From NCBI GenBank assembly GCA_963705255.1, contig OY970061.1, positions 2,016,001-2,080,000 of the forward strand: a DNA stretch of 64,000 nt, given 5' to 3'. Source of the DNA: an uncultured Methanoregulaceae archaeon (GTDB taxonomy: Archaea; Halobacteriota; Methanomicrobia; Methanomicrobiales; Methanospirillaceae). The first letter of the stretch is position 1, and each line of letters begins with the position of its first letter. The notes beneath the pieces were generated by a model. That model was not told the DNA's origin, ran no database searches, and saw nothing but the letters and a program-made list of their open reading frames with translations. Position numbers and translations under genes: made by a program. Positions 10,519-20,423 of the stretch are shown here, one piece after another.

Positions 10519-11711
10519 TCAACGGCTTCCCCTGACCGCAACGTCGATGGGCGCGAAATTCCCGGATATCACTTTCACGGTGCCGCTTCCTGAGGTCACG
10601 TTCGAGCTGTTCATCCCGTTCCCATCGGTTATCCCCTCATAGTTGTCGAGAGACAGGTTTCCGAACTGGTTGGTATCGATGATATAGTTCACGACCGCAT
10701 CGGGCACGGGTCTGCCGCTGATGTCCTTTATCGTGACATTGATGAAGTAAGACGGAGGATTCGGGTTGAACTGTACCCAGAAGTTCGCCGGTGGGACAAA
10801 CTGGTTATTGGAGGGAATTACCACATAATCTGAGCTCCTTCTCATCCCGCTGTTGTCCTGCACGGTCAGGTATACACAGAACGGGCCCGGTAGGTCTGGC
10901 TGGAAGTGAGCAATCTTCCCCTCTAAATAGTTCGGGGTAGTGAGGTTTTGCGTATCCGTGCAGTTTCCCTGTTGGTCGGGTGCACCATCTGTTATCGTCC
11001 CGGATGCGTCCTGGACCGACCAGTTCCAGTCAACGATCGTATTATTGTTCGCTGCAAAGGATTGCGTCCCGTCCAGCACGAGGGCCTCCCGCTGGATGGA
11101 ACCGAGGTTCTGCGTCACGGTATTCGACTGGATCACCGGGTTCGGGGGTTGGAACGATTTCCCAAACGTATTGTACAGGGTGGTCATTACCTGGATCGTT
11201 ACCTGATCGTTCGGCCCGATGCGGGGAGGCGGCGAGAAAAAATCCGTCGTGAAATTGATCCGGATCTTTTCACTGGCACTCGCTGGCACCGTAAGAGAAG
11301 ATGAAGGGTCCTGGCTTGAGAAATTATAGGGGATATATACGGGCTGAGAGGAAGAGGAGACCACCGTGAAGTTATGTGCATACATGTCATTGACCGATAT
11401 GCCGATCACGCTTGAATCTTCGTTATTCAGGTTGGTGAGGGAGAACGTCACCGCATTATAGCTCCGGTTGAGATACCGTTTGGCGGCCAGAAAGCCTGAT
11501 CCCACGCAGCCGGGACGGATTCAAAAGTTACACCGGTGATCAGGATCTGTTCATTCTGCACTGCAGAAATGTGGGCCTGCCGGTTCATCGCATCTTTCTG
11601 CATCTGGGAGATCATGATCGCGAGGCCGGCGGCGGCGGTCACTGTGATGAGGATGAGGAGGAGCGTCCCGACGATCACCGAAACGCCGTCATCACCTGTC
11701 CTTGCGATCAT
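10519..11711 (-). CDS. Archaeal type IV pilin-like protein (DUF1628-type N-terminus) with PKD- and Ig-like domains; frameshift ~11470
   Basis: Class III signal DDG|VSVIVGTLLLILITV; PKD-like LDGTQSF..IVDWNW..LTVQDNSG; Big_1-like KDISGRPVPDAVV..TDGNG. Confidence 0.75.
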
Positions 11712-11862
11712 GGAATTCCTGGGAGAAATTGGTTGTCCGAAGATATATCTTTTATCGATTAAGTCTATACTAAACTATAGTTTTATCAGAAAATACAATA
11801 GTAACGTTCGAAGATTCCAGCGGAAATTATTGTCACAGCACGTACCAGTATCATCGGCAGCA

Positions 11863-12396
11863 TCAGCGGACTGACCGATTGGACGCGGGATCCTGATAGA
11901 CGACCGGTTTTTCCGGAGAATTCCCCTGACTCACCGGATCAGTACATCCCGGGGGACCCATAACGGGTGTTCCTGACGGGCAATCGGGAAATATCTCCGT
12001 AATCCACGCCCCGATGTCGTTCCGCAGTTTCCGGTAATCCGCAATGATCTCATCTTTGTTCTTCCGGATTTCGGACGGGCTGACAAATCCCCGGTGGCAG
12101 ACCCGGTTGCCTTTCGGAATTATACTGGAGGCAGCGCGGGCAACCTGGTCGCAGAGAGTAATCACATAGTCGAACTTTCTCTGCGAAAAGATGGCAACCG
12201 ATTTCGATCGCTGCCGGGAGATATCGATGCCGGCTTCCTTCATGACCTGTACGGCATAGGGATTCAACCCTGCCGGTGCGAGGTCTCCGGAGCAGACGGA
12301 GTACCGGCCTCCGCACCGGTGGCGCAGCAGCCCCTCTGCTATCTGGGATCTGACTGAATTGAACGAACAGACAAATAGTACCGTCTTCTTTTCCAT
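11863..12396 (-). CDS. arsC: Arsenate reductase / LMW protein-tyrosine phosphatase family
   Basis: VLFVCSFNSVRSQIAEG (CX5R), GIDIS...SK, FDYVITLC. Confidence 0.85.
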   Translation of the reverse strand: MEKKTVLFVCSFNSVRSQIAEGLLRHRCGGRYSVCSGDLAPAGLNPYAVQVMKEAGIDISRQRSKSVAIFSQRKFDYVITLCDQVARAASSIIPKGNRVCHRGFVSPSEIRKNKDEIIADYRKLRNDIGAWITEIFPDCPSGTPVMGPPGCTDPVSQGNSPEKPVVYQDPASNRSVR

Positions 12397-12419
12397 GAAC
12401 CCTCCCGCGATCACAACGT

Positions 12420-13070
12420 TTAGTGAATCTCGATCCTCTCACCAGTCTGCATATAATGGACATTTTCTGCGATTTTGCAGGCATGGTCGGCACAGCGTTC
12501 GAGGTAACGGGCGACGAGGATGTAGTAGGTGCAGCGGGTGATGGTCTTGGGGTCTTCCATCATGTAGGTGATCCCCTCGCGGAAGATCGAGTGCCTGAGC
12601 GCATCGATCGTATCGTCCCGGGCAGAGAAATCTGCTATCAGCGCAACCGAATCGGTATCATATGCTTTGATTGCATCGTCGATCATATCCATGGTAAGTT
12701 CCGCCATGTGGGGGATACTCATCAGGCGGGCGATGTGGGGCCTGTCGGAAATATCCTTGACGATGTTGGCTATCACCTTGCCGTATCGTCCAATCCGCAT
12801 GGATGCATTGATCACCTTGAGCGTGCAGGCAATGACCCGCATGTCCTTTGCCATCGGCTGGCCGGTGGCGATGAGCTGGTAACAGTGCTCCTCAAGCTTC
12901 ACTTCCATCTCGTGCAGTGCATCTTTCTTGGCTACGACCGTGGCAGCAAGTTCCTTGTCCTGCCGTATCAGTGCATCCACAGCGTCCCTGAGCATCCCGC
13001 GGCCGAAGAGCGCCATTGCCACGGTCTCTTTTTTCGTGGTTTTGAGTTCCGTATGGAATTTTTCTGCCAT
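12420..13070 (-). CDS. phoU: Phosphate signalling protein PhoU
   Basis: QPMAKDMR and YLERCADHACKIAE; directly downstream of pstB. Confidence 0.95.
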   Translation of the reverse strand: MAEKFHTELKTTKKETVAMALFGRGMLRDAVDALIRQDKELAATVVAKKDALHEMEVKLEEHCYQLIATGQPMAKDMRVIACTLKVINASMRIGRYGKVIANIVKDISDRPHIARLMSIPHMAELTMDMIDDAIKAYDTDSVALIADFSARDDTIDALRHSIFREGITYMMEDPKTITRCTYYILVARYLERCADHACKIAENVHYMQTGERIEIH

Positions 13071-13079
13071 TCCTTTCTC

Positions 13080-13841
13080 CTAACCGAACCGGCCGGTGAT
13101 GTAATTCTCCGTGAGTTCCTCTCTGGGGTGCTCGAAGATATCCACGGTCTTCCCGCACTCGATGAGCTTTCCCAGATACATGAATCCCGTATAATCGCTG
13201 ACCCGCGCTGCCTGCTGCATGTTGTGGGTGACGATGATGACCGTGTACTCCTGCTTGAGCATATCGATCAGGTTCTCGATCTTCGCGGTCGCAATCGGGT
13301 CAAGCGCCGAACAGGGCTCGTCCATCAGGATCACCTCAGGCCCGACAGCGAGGGTGCGGGCGATGCAGAGCCGCTGCTGCTGGCCACCGGAGAGACCGAG
13401 GGCGGAATCGTTCAGCCGGTCTTTTACTTCGTCCCAGATGGCGGCATGACGGAGGCTCTGCTCCACATCCCTGTCAAGTTCGCTCCTGTCCTTCACGCCA
13501 TGGACCTTCGGGCCGTACGCGATGTTCTCGTAGATGGATTTCGGGAACGGGTTGGGCTTCTGGAAGACCATACCGACCTTCTTCCGCAGGGAGACGACAT
13601 CCGTTTCCTGGGCATGGATATTCTCATTATCGAGCATGATCTCACCGGTGATCTTCACGTGGTCGATGAGATCGTTCAACCGGTTGAAGCAGCGCAGCAG
13701 GGTCGATTTCCCGCATCCCGAAGGACCGATCAGGGCAGTCACCCTGTTCTTGGGGATCTTCATGGTGATCGACTGGAGCGCATGCTTCTCGTTATACCAG
13801 AGGTTCAGATTGTTTGTGGAAATGATACTGTTGTCAGACAT
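13080..13841 (-). CDS. pstB: Phosphate ABC transporter ATPase
   Basis: [46 protein letters not shown]. Confidence 0.98.
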   Translation of the reverse strand: MSDNSIISTNNLNLWYNEKHALQSITMKIPKNRVTALIGPSGCGKSTLLRCFNRLNDLIDHVKITGEIMLDNENIHAQETDVVSLRKKVGMVFQKPNPFPKSIYENIAYGPKVHGVKDRSELDRDVEQSLRHAAIWDEVKDRLNDSALGLSGGQQQRLCIARTLAVGPEVILMDEPCSALDPIATAKIENLIDMLKQEYTVIIVTHNMQQAARVSDYTGFMYLGKLIECGKTVDIFEHPREELTENYITGRFG

Positions 13842-13842
13842 A

Positions 13843-15798
13843 TTATCCCCGTGATTTGTTCTGGAAATGGGTTCTCACAAGAATCGCTGCCAAATAAAAT
13901 CCAACCACAAGCGTCAGCAGGACCAGGGCCGTGCCGTACCTGTTGGTAGAGGAATTCGAGACATTGGTTGCAAGGTAGAACAGCTGGAACGGCAGCGCCA
14001 TGACAGGATCAAAGATTGACGAAGGCAGGTACCGCTGCGAAACGACAACTGCCGTAAACATGATGGGCGCTGTCTCACCGGCAGCCCTCCCTATGGAGAG
14101 GATCACGCCGGTTACAATGCCGGGAACTGCAGGGGGAAGGACCACTTTACTGATGGTCTGCCACCTGGTGGCCCCGAGTGCAAGGCTCCCCTCCCGCAGG
14201 GAATGGGGGATATTCTTCAAGGATTCTTCGGTTGTCCTGATTATGGTGGGCAGAACCATCATCGCCAGCGCGATCTGCCCTGCAATCATCGAGATCCCGA
14301 CATTGAGGTACAGGACAACGAAGGCAAACCCGAAGAGGCCGAATACGATCGACGGAGTACCGTTGAGGAGATCGGCGCCGGTCCGGATCAACCGGGTGAC
14401 CCTCCCCTCCCGGGTGTATTCCACCAGGTAAATCGCTGCCCCGACACCCAGGGGCAGTGCGATGGCGATCGCGCCGATCACCAAGTACATCGTCCCGACG
14501 ATCGCCGGAAAAATTCCTCCTGATCTGCCTGCATCCTTAGGTGACTGGGTCAGGAAATCCCACGAGAGTGCCGGGAGACCGTGGACGATGATGTCCTGGA
14601 GGATGATGACAAGAATTGCCAGGACGATGAGGGTAGCTCCTGTGATCAGTGCGAAGGAGCATTTCTGGATCGTTGCCTGTGAGAGCCGGTTCCTGCCGAA
14701 ATACCATGCGCCACCCGCGAGCAGGACAAGGGCCGCCAGCCACCAGGATGCGGCTGCGAACAGAACTATAAAGAGGATAGCCGCAAAGAGGATTTTTGAT
14801 ATCCTCACGATCGAGTCCATTGCAGAGGTGCTGATGAAGGGTTTCCGGCCGGGACGGGTCGTGCGCCCTTCGTGAAGGTAGCGGAGGATGGCGACCGCAG
14901 AAAGGTTGATGACGAGCGTGATGAGCAGCAGCACGACGGCCACGGCAAACAGTGCATGGTAATGATCGCTGCCGACGGAGACCTCCCCCATCTCAATACC
15001 AAGCGTCGCGGTCAGGGTTTCCACCGTGGAAAAGATGTTCCAGATCGGGTTGGGGATGATCGCGGTATTACCGGCCACCATCAGGACCGCCATAGTCTCC
15101 CCGACCGCCCTGCCGATACCGAGAATGATGGCAGCAGCGATGCCCGAGAGGGCTGCCGGCACGATCACCCGGCTGATCGTCTGCCACCGGGTTGCACCGA
15201 TGGCAAGCGAGCCTTCGCGGAATTCGTGGGGGACGGAGCTGATCGCATCCTCGGACACGCTGACGATCGTGGGAAGGGCCATGATCCCCAGAAGGATGGA
15301 TGCGGCAAGCCATGAGTTTCCCGTCGGGACATCAAATACAATTCGTATGAAGTTCGTGAGAACGACGAGACCGAAGAACCCGTAGACCACCGAGGGGATC
15401 CCTGCCAGCAGTTCGATTGCCGGTTTGAGGATCGTTTTCACCCGGGGGGATGCAAGTTCGGCGATGTAGATTGCACAGCCGAGGGAAAGCGGGATAGCGA
15501 TGACCATGGCACCGATGGTGACGAGAAGTGTCCCGACAATAAGGGGGAGGATCCCGTACAGCGGCACCGCTGCAGTTGGTTGCCATGACAACCCAAGGAG
15601 AAAATCAGGCAGGCTGACCTGCTCGAGGATTGGGTACGCATCCCGTACCAGGAAGAGGATGATGAATGCAATGACAATAACGGCAAAGAAGGCTGTGAAG
15701 AAGAAGAGGGTCTTGATCGATCGCTCCCTGAGCCGGGAGCTGCGGGCACTGCCCGGTGAGGCGGTTCTGAATCCGATTGTGGTTCCGGCAAGTTTCAC
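13843..15798 (-). CDS. pstA: Fused phosphate ABC permease PstC-PstA
   Basis: Two permease units: [19 protein letters not shown] and [21 protein letters not shown]. Confidence 0.95.
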   Translation of the reverse strand: MKLAGTTIGFRTASPGSARSSRLRERSIKTLFFFTAFFAVIVIAFIILFLVRDAYPILEQVSLPDFLLGLSWQPTAAVPLYGILPLIVGTLLVTIGAMVIAIPLSLGCAIYIAELASPRVKTILKPAIELLAGIPSVVYGFFGLVVLTNFIRIVFDVPTGNSWLAASILLGIMALPTIVSVSEDAISSVPHEFREGSLAIGATRWQTISRVIVPAALSGIAAAIILGIGRAVGETMAVLMVAGNTAIIPNPIWNIFSTVETLTATLGIEMGEVSVGSDHYHALFAVAVVLLLITLVINLSAVAILRYLHEGRTTRPGRKPFISTSAMDSIVRISKILFAAILFIVLFAAASWWLAALVLLAGGAWYFGRNRLSQATIQKCSFALITGATLIVLAILVIILQDIIVHGLPALSWDFLTQSPKDAGRSGGIFPAIVGTMYLVIGAIAIALPLGVGAAIYLVEYTREGRVTRLIRTGADLLNGTPSIVFGLFGFAFVVLYLNVGISMIAGQIALAMMVLPTIIRTTEESLKNIPHSLREGSLALGATRWQTISKVVLPPAVPGIVTGVILSIGRAAGETAPIMFTAVVVSQRYLPSSIFDPVMALPFQLFYLATNVSNSSTNRYGTALVLLTLVVGFYLAAILVRTHFQNKSRG

Positions 15799-15852
15799 GA
15801 TCTTCGCCCCATGGAAAAGAAAAAGAATTGATGTTCATCCGGACCGATCATC

Positions 15853-16845
15853 TCAGCTCAGGGGGACATATCCCTGATCGGCGACGATCTTCTGCCCATC
15901 TGGGCTGAGGATGTAGTTGATGAAGTCGCCCGCAAGTCCGGTTGGCTTGCCGTTGGTGATGAGATAGAGATCGCGGGACATCGGATAGGTCAGGTCCTTC
16001 ACGGTGGCAACAGAGGGAACAGACACTACACCATTCGTTCCCATGATGGGGACCGCTTTGACACTGCTGCTCAGGAACCCGATTGAAACGTAGCCGATGG
16101 CCAATGGGGTCTGTGCAACGTTCTGGCTGACCGCGCCATTGGAGTTCAGCTCCTGCATCGAGGCGATCGGGTTCGTATTTCCCGGCAGAACGCTCTGTTC
16201 GAAATACACCCGGGTTCCTGATGCGCTGTCACGCCCGATAACGACGACCTGGTTATTGGTGCCGGAAACACCTGCTCCGGTAATCTGGGACCATTTGGTG
16301 ATCTTGCCAAGATAAATCTGCTTGATCTGATCGAAGGTGATAGTCTGGATCGTGTTGGCCGGGTTGACAATGACGGCAATGCCATCCTGCGCAATTGGCG
16401 TAATGACGAAGGCGGGATACTTGGTCATCTCGGCGCTGGTCACTTCACGGGAGGTCATGCCGATATCAACGGTCTTGGCACCAATCGCCTGGATGCCGAC
16501 ACCGGATCCGCCACCCGAGATCTGGATATCTGCGTCCGGGTGGGTTGCCATATAGGCGTCAGCTGCTGCCTGGGCAATCGGGAGGACGGTAGTCGATCCG
16601 CTGATCTTGAGGGTCTGTTTCTGGCCTGTTGAAACCGGCGCACTCGTGGTTACCGGTACTGCGGTCGTTGCCTGGGCAGCGGGAGAGTTAGTGGGGGTGG
16701 TCGATATTGCAGTTGCTGCACCCGGTGCCTGCGTGGAAGCCGTATTCGTTGATCCGTTGCCTGTACACCCTGCAGCAATCGCGAGCATGAACACTGCGAC
16801 GAGGCTGAGGGTAATAATCAGATAAGAACTCCGTTTCGCATTCAT
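15853..16845 (-). CDS. pstS: Phosphate ABC transporter substrate-binding lipoprotein
   Basis: Lipobox AAGC, SGSTTVLP, GGGSGVG, RDSASGT. Confidence 0.97.
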   Translation of the reverse strand: MNAKRSSYLIITLSLVAVFMLAIAAGCTGNGSTNTASTQAPGAATAISTTPTNSPAAQATTAVPVTTSAPVSTGQKQTLKISGSTTVLPIAQAAADAYMATHPDADIQISGGGSGVGIQAIGAKTVDIGMTSREVTSAEMTKYPAFVITPIAQDGIAVIVNPANTIQTITFDQIKQIYLGKITKWSQITGAGVSGTNNQVVVIGRDSASGTRVYFEQSVLPGNTNPIASMQELNSNGAVSQNVAQTPLAIGYVSIGFLSSSVKAVPIMGTNGVVSVPSVATVKDLTYPMSRDLYLITNGKPTGLAGDFINYILSPDGQKIVADQGYVPLS

Positions 16846-16968
16846 GGTGTTCGATTATCCATTCAACCCGGCCTATTAAACGTCTTTTCGCCATAAACTA
16901 TACGAGTATATATACAGGAAATAGACAAATAGAGTAACATAGGGAAATCAGAATTCTATTGTAATCCG

Positions 16969-18012
16969 GTGATGAAGATGGAGATACGGCGGGTGCAGAT
17001 GACCGGGGGTGCCTCCTTTGTGGTGACACTTCCCAAGGACTGGGCGGAACAGCAGAAGATCAAAAAGAATGATCCGGTCGGTATCATGATCCAGCCGGAC
17101 GGGACGCTCGTTGTGACCAAGAAGATCACGGAAGAACCGGATCAACGGACCAAGGAGATCAATTGCAGTACTATTACGGATCCTGCATTCCTGTTCCGGA
17201 TGCTGATCGGTGCATACATTACGGGATTCAATGTGATCCGTCTCACCACCAAGCAGCGGTTCTCCCCCTTTGTGCGGACGGGGGTCCGGGACTTTACCCA
17301 GATGACGATTGGCCAGGAGATCGTGGAAGAAACTGATACCGTTATCACGATAAAAGACCTTCTGAACCCGGCAGAGATGCCCTTTGACAACACCATCAAG
17401 CGCATGTTTGTTATCGTCAAGAATATGCATGAGGATGCCATTGCTGCGCTTGAAACCCATAATAAGGAACTCGCACAGGATGTGATCGTCCGGGACATGG
17501 ATGCCGATCGGCTCAACTGGCTGATTGCCCGCCAGACGAACATGATCATGCAGAACGCCTCGCTCTCCCGGAAGATGGAAATCTCCCAGAGCCTGGCAAT
17601 GCATTACTACATGCTCAGCCGGATCATCGAACGCGTTGGCGACCACGCGGTGAGGATCGCTGAGCATACTTTACCGATAGTCGGGGCCGACATCGACAAG
17701 AAGATCCTTACTGCGATCAAGAAATCCAGTACCCTCTCCCTTGAGATCTTTGACCGGAGCATCGTCTCATTCTTTAATACGGACATGAAGGAAGCGAACC
17801 GGAATATCGAGTCCATCAGCGCCCTTGAGAACATCTGCGGGGATATCAATAACATGGTGATCAGGCAGGACACGATGATCGCGATCAATATCGGGTACAT
17901 AGCAGAGAGTATCCGGAGGTCCGGTGAATATGCAGGGGATATCTCGGAGACGGTCATCAACCTCCTTATTGAGAACGAACAGGGGCCCCATAAGAGAAAA
18001 ACCAGCAAATAA
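16969..18012 (+). CDS. Archaeal phosphate uptake regulator (AbrB/SpoVT N-domain plus PhoU repeats)
   Basis: RRVQMTGGASFVVTLPKDWA N-terminus; IERVGDHAVRIAE; divergent from pstS. Confidence 0.92.
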   Translation: MMKMEIRRVQMTGGASFVVTLPKDWAEQQKIKKNDPVGIMIQPDGTLVVTKKITEEPDQRTKEINCSTITDPAFLFRMLIGAYITGFNVIRLTTKQRFSPFVRTGVRDFTQMTIGQEIVEETDTVITIKDLLNPAEMPFDNTIKRMFVIVKNMHEDAIAALETHNKELAQDVIVRDMDADRLNWLIARQTNMIMQNASLSRKMEISQSLAMHYYMLSRIIERVGDHAVRIAEHTLPIVGADIDKKILTAIKKSSTLSLEIFDRSIVSFFNTDMKEANRNIESISALENICGDINNMVIRQDTMIAINIGYIAESIRRSGEYAGDISETVINLLIENEQGPHKRKTSK

Positions 18013-18367
18013 CAACTTTGTTGTACCGGTCATCCTGGATCCATAATTTTGCCGGACATCCGTTTTCCCGGAACGGTGTGGAGTGCCCTCCAGATCCTGT
18101 CAGGGGAATATAGTTTTAAAAAATTTTATATAGAGAACTGACAGACTCTATTGTGTCGCATTTGGAAAAACCCGCTGGGACAAGCAAGCCGATAGCAGCC
18201 GGGCGCTTCACTTCGCCTTTACCATTTCACCTGCTCCGGACGGGAAGTTTCACGGTACTTCTTGTCAACCCGCTTGTTTTCCAGAGAAAGCCCTGCACAA
18301 ATTTGAATTGCCATGTCCCGGCCGGAAATGGTGACGGGACCGGAACCTGCTCTGGCTCCCGGAGTGG

Positions 18368-19111
18368 ATGGCTATGAAAGTCGATTTTCATGTACATACC
18401 CGGCGATCTGTTGACGCGGTTCACAGCCCGCGGGAGATGGTAAAGAAGGCACGGGATGCCGGCATCAATGCCATTGCAATAACCGATCACAGCCGCCTCT
18501 TCTCTAAGTCCGAAGCACAAAGGCTCAGCCGGGAGTTCGGTCTTGTGGTGATACCTGGCATTGAAGGAGGAAATATCGCGGTCCAGAGACACTGGATCGC
18601 CCTGGGCATAGACCGTCAGATAACGGATACGCGGATAGACCTGGTCCTTGAATCCATCCGACAGGACAGCGGCGTGTCCGTCGCTCCCCATCCACACTCA
18701 CGGCTGGGCTACGGGAATTATGCGGGGCTCGGGTTTGATGCCGTAGAATCCCTCAACGGGAGCGAGCCCGGATCCAACAAGCAGGTCAGGAATATCCGCA
18801 GGATTCCCGAGGTTGCCGGCAGCGATTCGCACGCGCTTTCGATGCTGGGATTCTGCTGGACAGAGGTTGATGCCGATGAGACCATAGAGAGCATCCTCGA
18901 ATCAGTCCGGCGGGGTTTATGCAGGCCTGAGGGATCCACCATCCCGTTCCTTGATCTCTTCTGCTTCTATCCCCTCTACATCCGGGACCGTATTCTCCGG
19001 CAACCGGTAACTGCCCTGTCTGCTGCCCGTCAGGTCATCCGGGATGTCCGCAGGGTAAGGGAATACGAATCCTCCTGCCGGAATTGTCGAATATACCTGG
19101 GACCAGGGTGA
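18368..19111 (+). CDS. PHP-domain phosphoesterase
   Basis: DFHVHT..S.D, AITDH, IPGIE, APHP, GSDSH. Confidence 0.9.
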   Translation: MAMKVDFHVHTRRSVDAVHSPREMVKKARDAGINAIAITDHSRLFSKSEAQRLSREFGLVVIPGIEGGNIAVQRHWIALGIDRQITDTRIDLVLESIRQDSGVSVAPHPHSRLGYGNYAGLGFDAVESLNGSEPGSNKQVRNIRRIPEVAGSDSHALSMLGFCWTEVDADETIESILESVRRGLCRPEGSTIPFLDLFCFYPLYIRDRILRQPVTALSAARQVIRDVRRVREYESSCRNCRIYLGPG

Positions 19112-19863
19112 TCAGATTTCATAGAAATACGTTCCTGCAAACCCGCTGGATAGGAGTTGACCTGAATACCACCGGCCATGCAGTGGTCGCTGCTGATCTC
19201 GTAAGCGGGAAAGTCATGAAACTTGGAAAGAGGCTGCACTATGCAAGGACTTCGTCGACACAGAACTGCACGAAACTGTACCGGGAGAGAAAACTCTGGA
19301 AACTCAAAAAGGTCAAGAGCCGCGAGAAGAAGGAGTTCAAGGCTGCTCTCCACAAGATTGCCCGGCAGATCGTCGGATTTGCCGAATCCTTCTGCGCCGG
19401 AATCAAGTTTGAAAGACTTTTTTCGGTCCGTTACCTCTGTAAGCGGGAAGTGGAGGATGCATACGAGTTCTCTTTCGACAATGGATCATTTGCCACTCTG
19501 CTACACCTCGTGGAAAAACGGGCGCTCAACCGCGGCATACCGGTCCTTTATGTCAACCCGTCCAACACTTCCAAGCGATGCAGCAGGTGCGGGGGGTTTG
19601 GGAGACGTGTTCGCAAGCGTTTTGAGTGCCCGCAGTGCGGCAGGGTTATTCATGCCGATGTGAATGCCGCGTTCAACATCGCGGCAACATCCTGCACTTC
19701 CGACAAGGCTGAGATTCACCTGCTACGGGCCTCGCGCAAAATGATGCGGAAACGTGCGAGGGCAGATCAGGCCGTTCCGGAGGGAGGAGTCCTCGCAGGT
19801 CCCGACCTTTCCTGTCACCAGGAGATGCTCTCCCGATGGGAGGATATACAGGGGATATCCTGA
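19108..19863 (+). CDS. tnpB: N-terminally truncated TnpB/Cas12f-like RuvC plus Zn-ribbon protein (251 aa)
   Basis: RuvC-I IGVDLN, RuvC-II FERL, VNPSNTSKRCSRCG...FECPQCG, RuvC-III HADVNAAFNI; GTG start overlaps the PHP stop (GTGA). Confidence 0.85.
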   Translation: MIRFHRNTFLQTRWIGVDLNTTGHAVVAADLVSGKVMKLGKRLHYARTSSTQNCTKLYRERKLWKLKKVKSREKKEFKAALHKIARQIVGFAESFCAGIKFERLFSVRYLCKREVEDAYEFSFDNGSFATLLHLVEKRALNRGIPVLYVNPSNTSKRCSRCGGFGRRVRKRFECPQCGRVIHADVNAAFNIAATSCTSDKAEIHLLRASRKMMRKRARADQAVPEGGVLAGPDLSCHQEMLSRWEDIQGIS

Positions 19864-19912
19864 AGGACTTGATGATAGCTGCGGAACGCAGATGTCCGAT
19901 TACCCGGGGTGA

Positions 19913-20149
19913 ATGATGATAACGTCCGTAATAACCGTAGAGGTCAGATGTCCGAAATGTGGGATCTCATATGCAGACCGGTATATTCCTGCGTTTGCCA
20001 TCCCGGAAGTCACCGGTAGAGGGGATGATTATACGGATGATTGCGTAGTGGCCACCTGTCCATCCTGCGATCACATGGTGAGCGTAGTTGTGCGGATGAG
20101 TAGTGCAGAAAAGAGAGAATGCATGGCAGGAGGGAATCCTGATGTTTGA
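19913..20149 (+). CDS. Small Zn-ribbon protein
   Basis: CPKCG and CPSC pairs; GGGGTGA RBS-like sequence upstream. Confidence 0.6.
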   Translation: MMITSVITVEVRCPKCGISYADRYIPAFAIPEVTGRGDDYTDDCVVATCPSCDHMVSVVVRMSSAEKRECMAGGNPDV

Positions 20150-20423
20150 AAAAGATCGGGAACCATCACCGCCATCTTTTCCGGAGACCTATGAGCCTGA
20201 TCGGGACAGCCCGTTTGAGATCGTAATTCCGGGCGGGGACCAATTCCATTCTGCTTGTACCGGGTAGACGCTCTTAATCGTTCCCGGAAAAACGGGTGAT
20301 GAAGATACCGGGCCTTCGCTGGGATTATATCATAACCCCCAATAAAACACTATAGTCATATTGGATTTATGGCGAGAGATATGATATGCTATTCCGGAGA
20401 AACAGTATCCCAGAGTTTCCCGC

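Noticed and set aside
19108-19863. Active IS200/IS605 element or type V CRISPR effector
   Set aside because: No tnpA, no recognisable subterminal hairpin ends, no array, and the N-terminal lobe is missing
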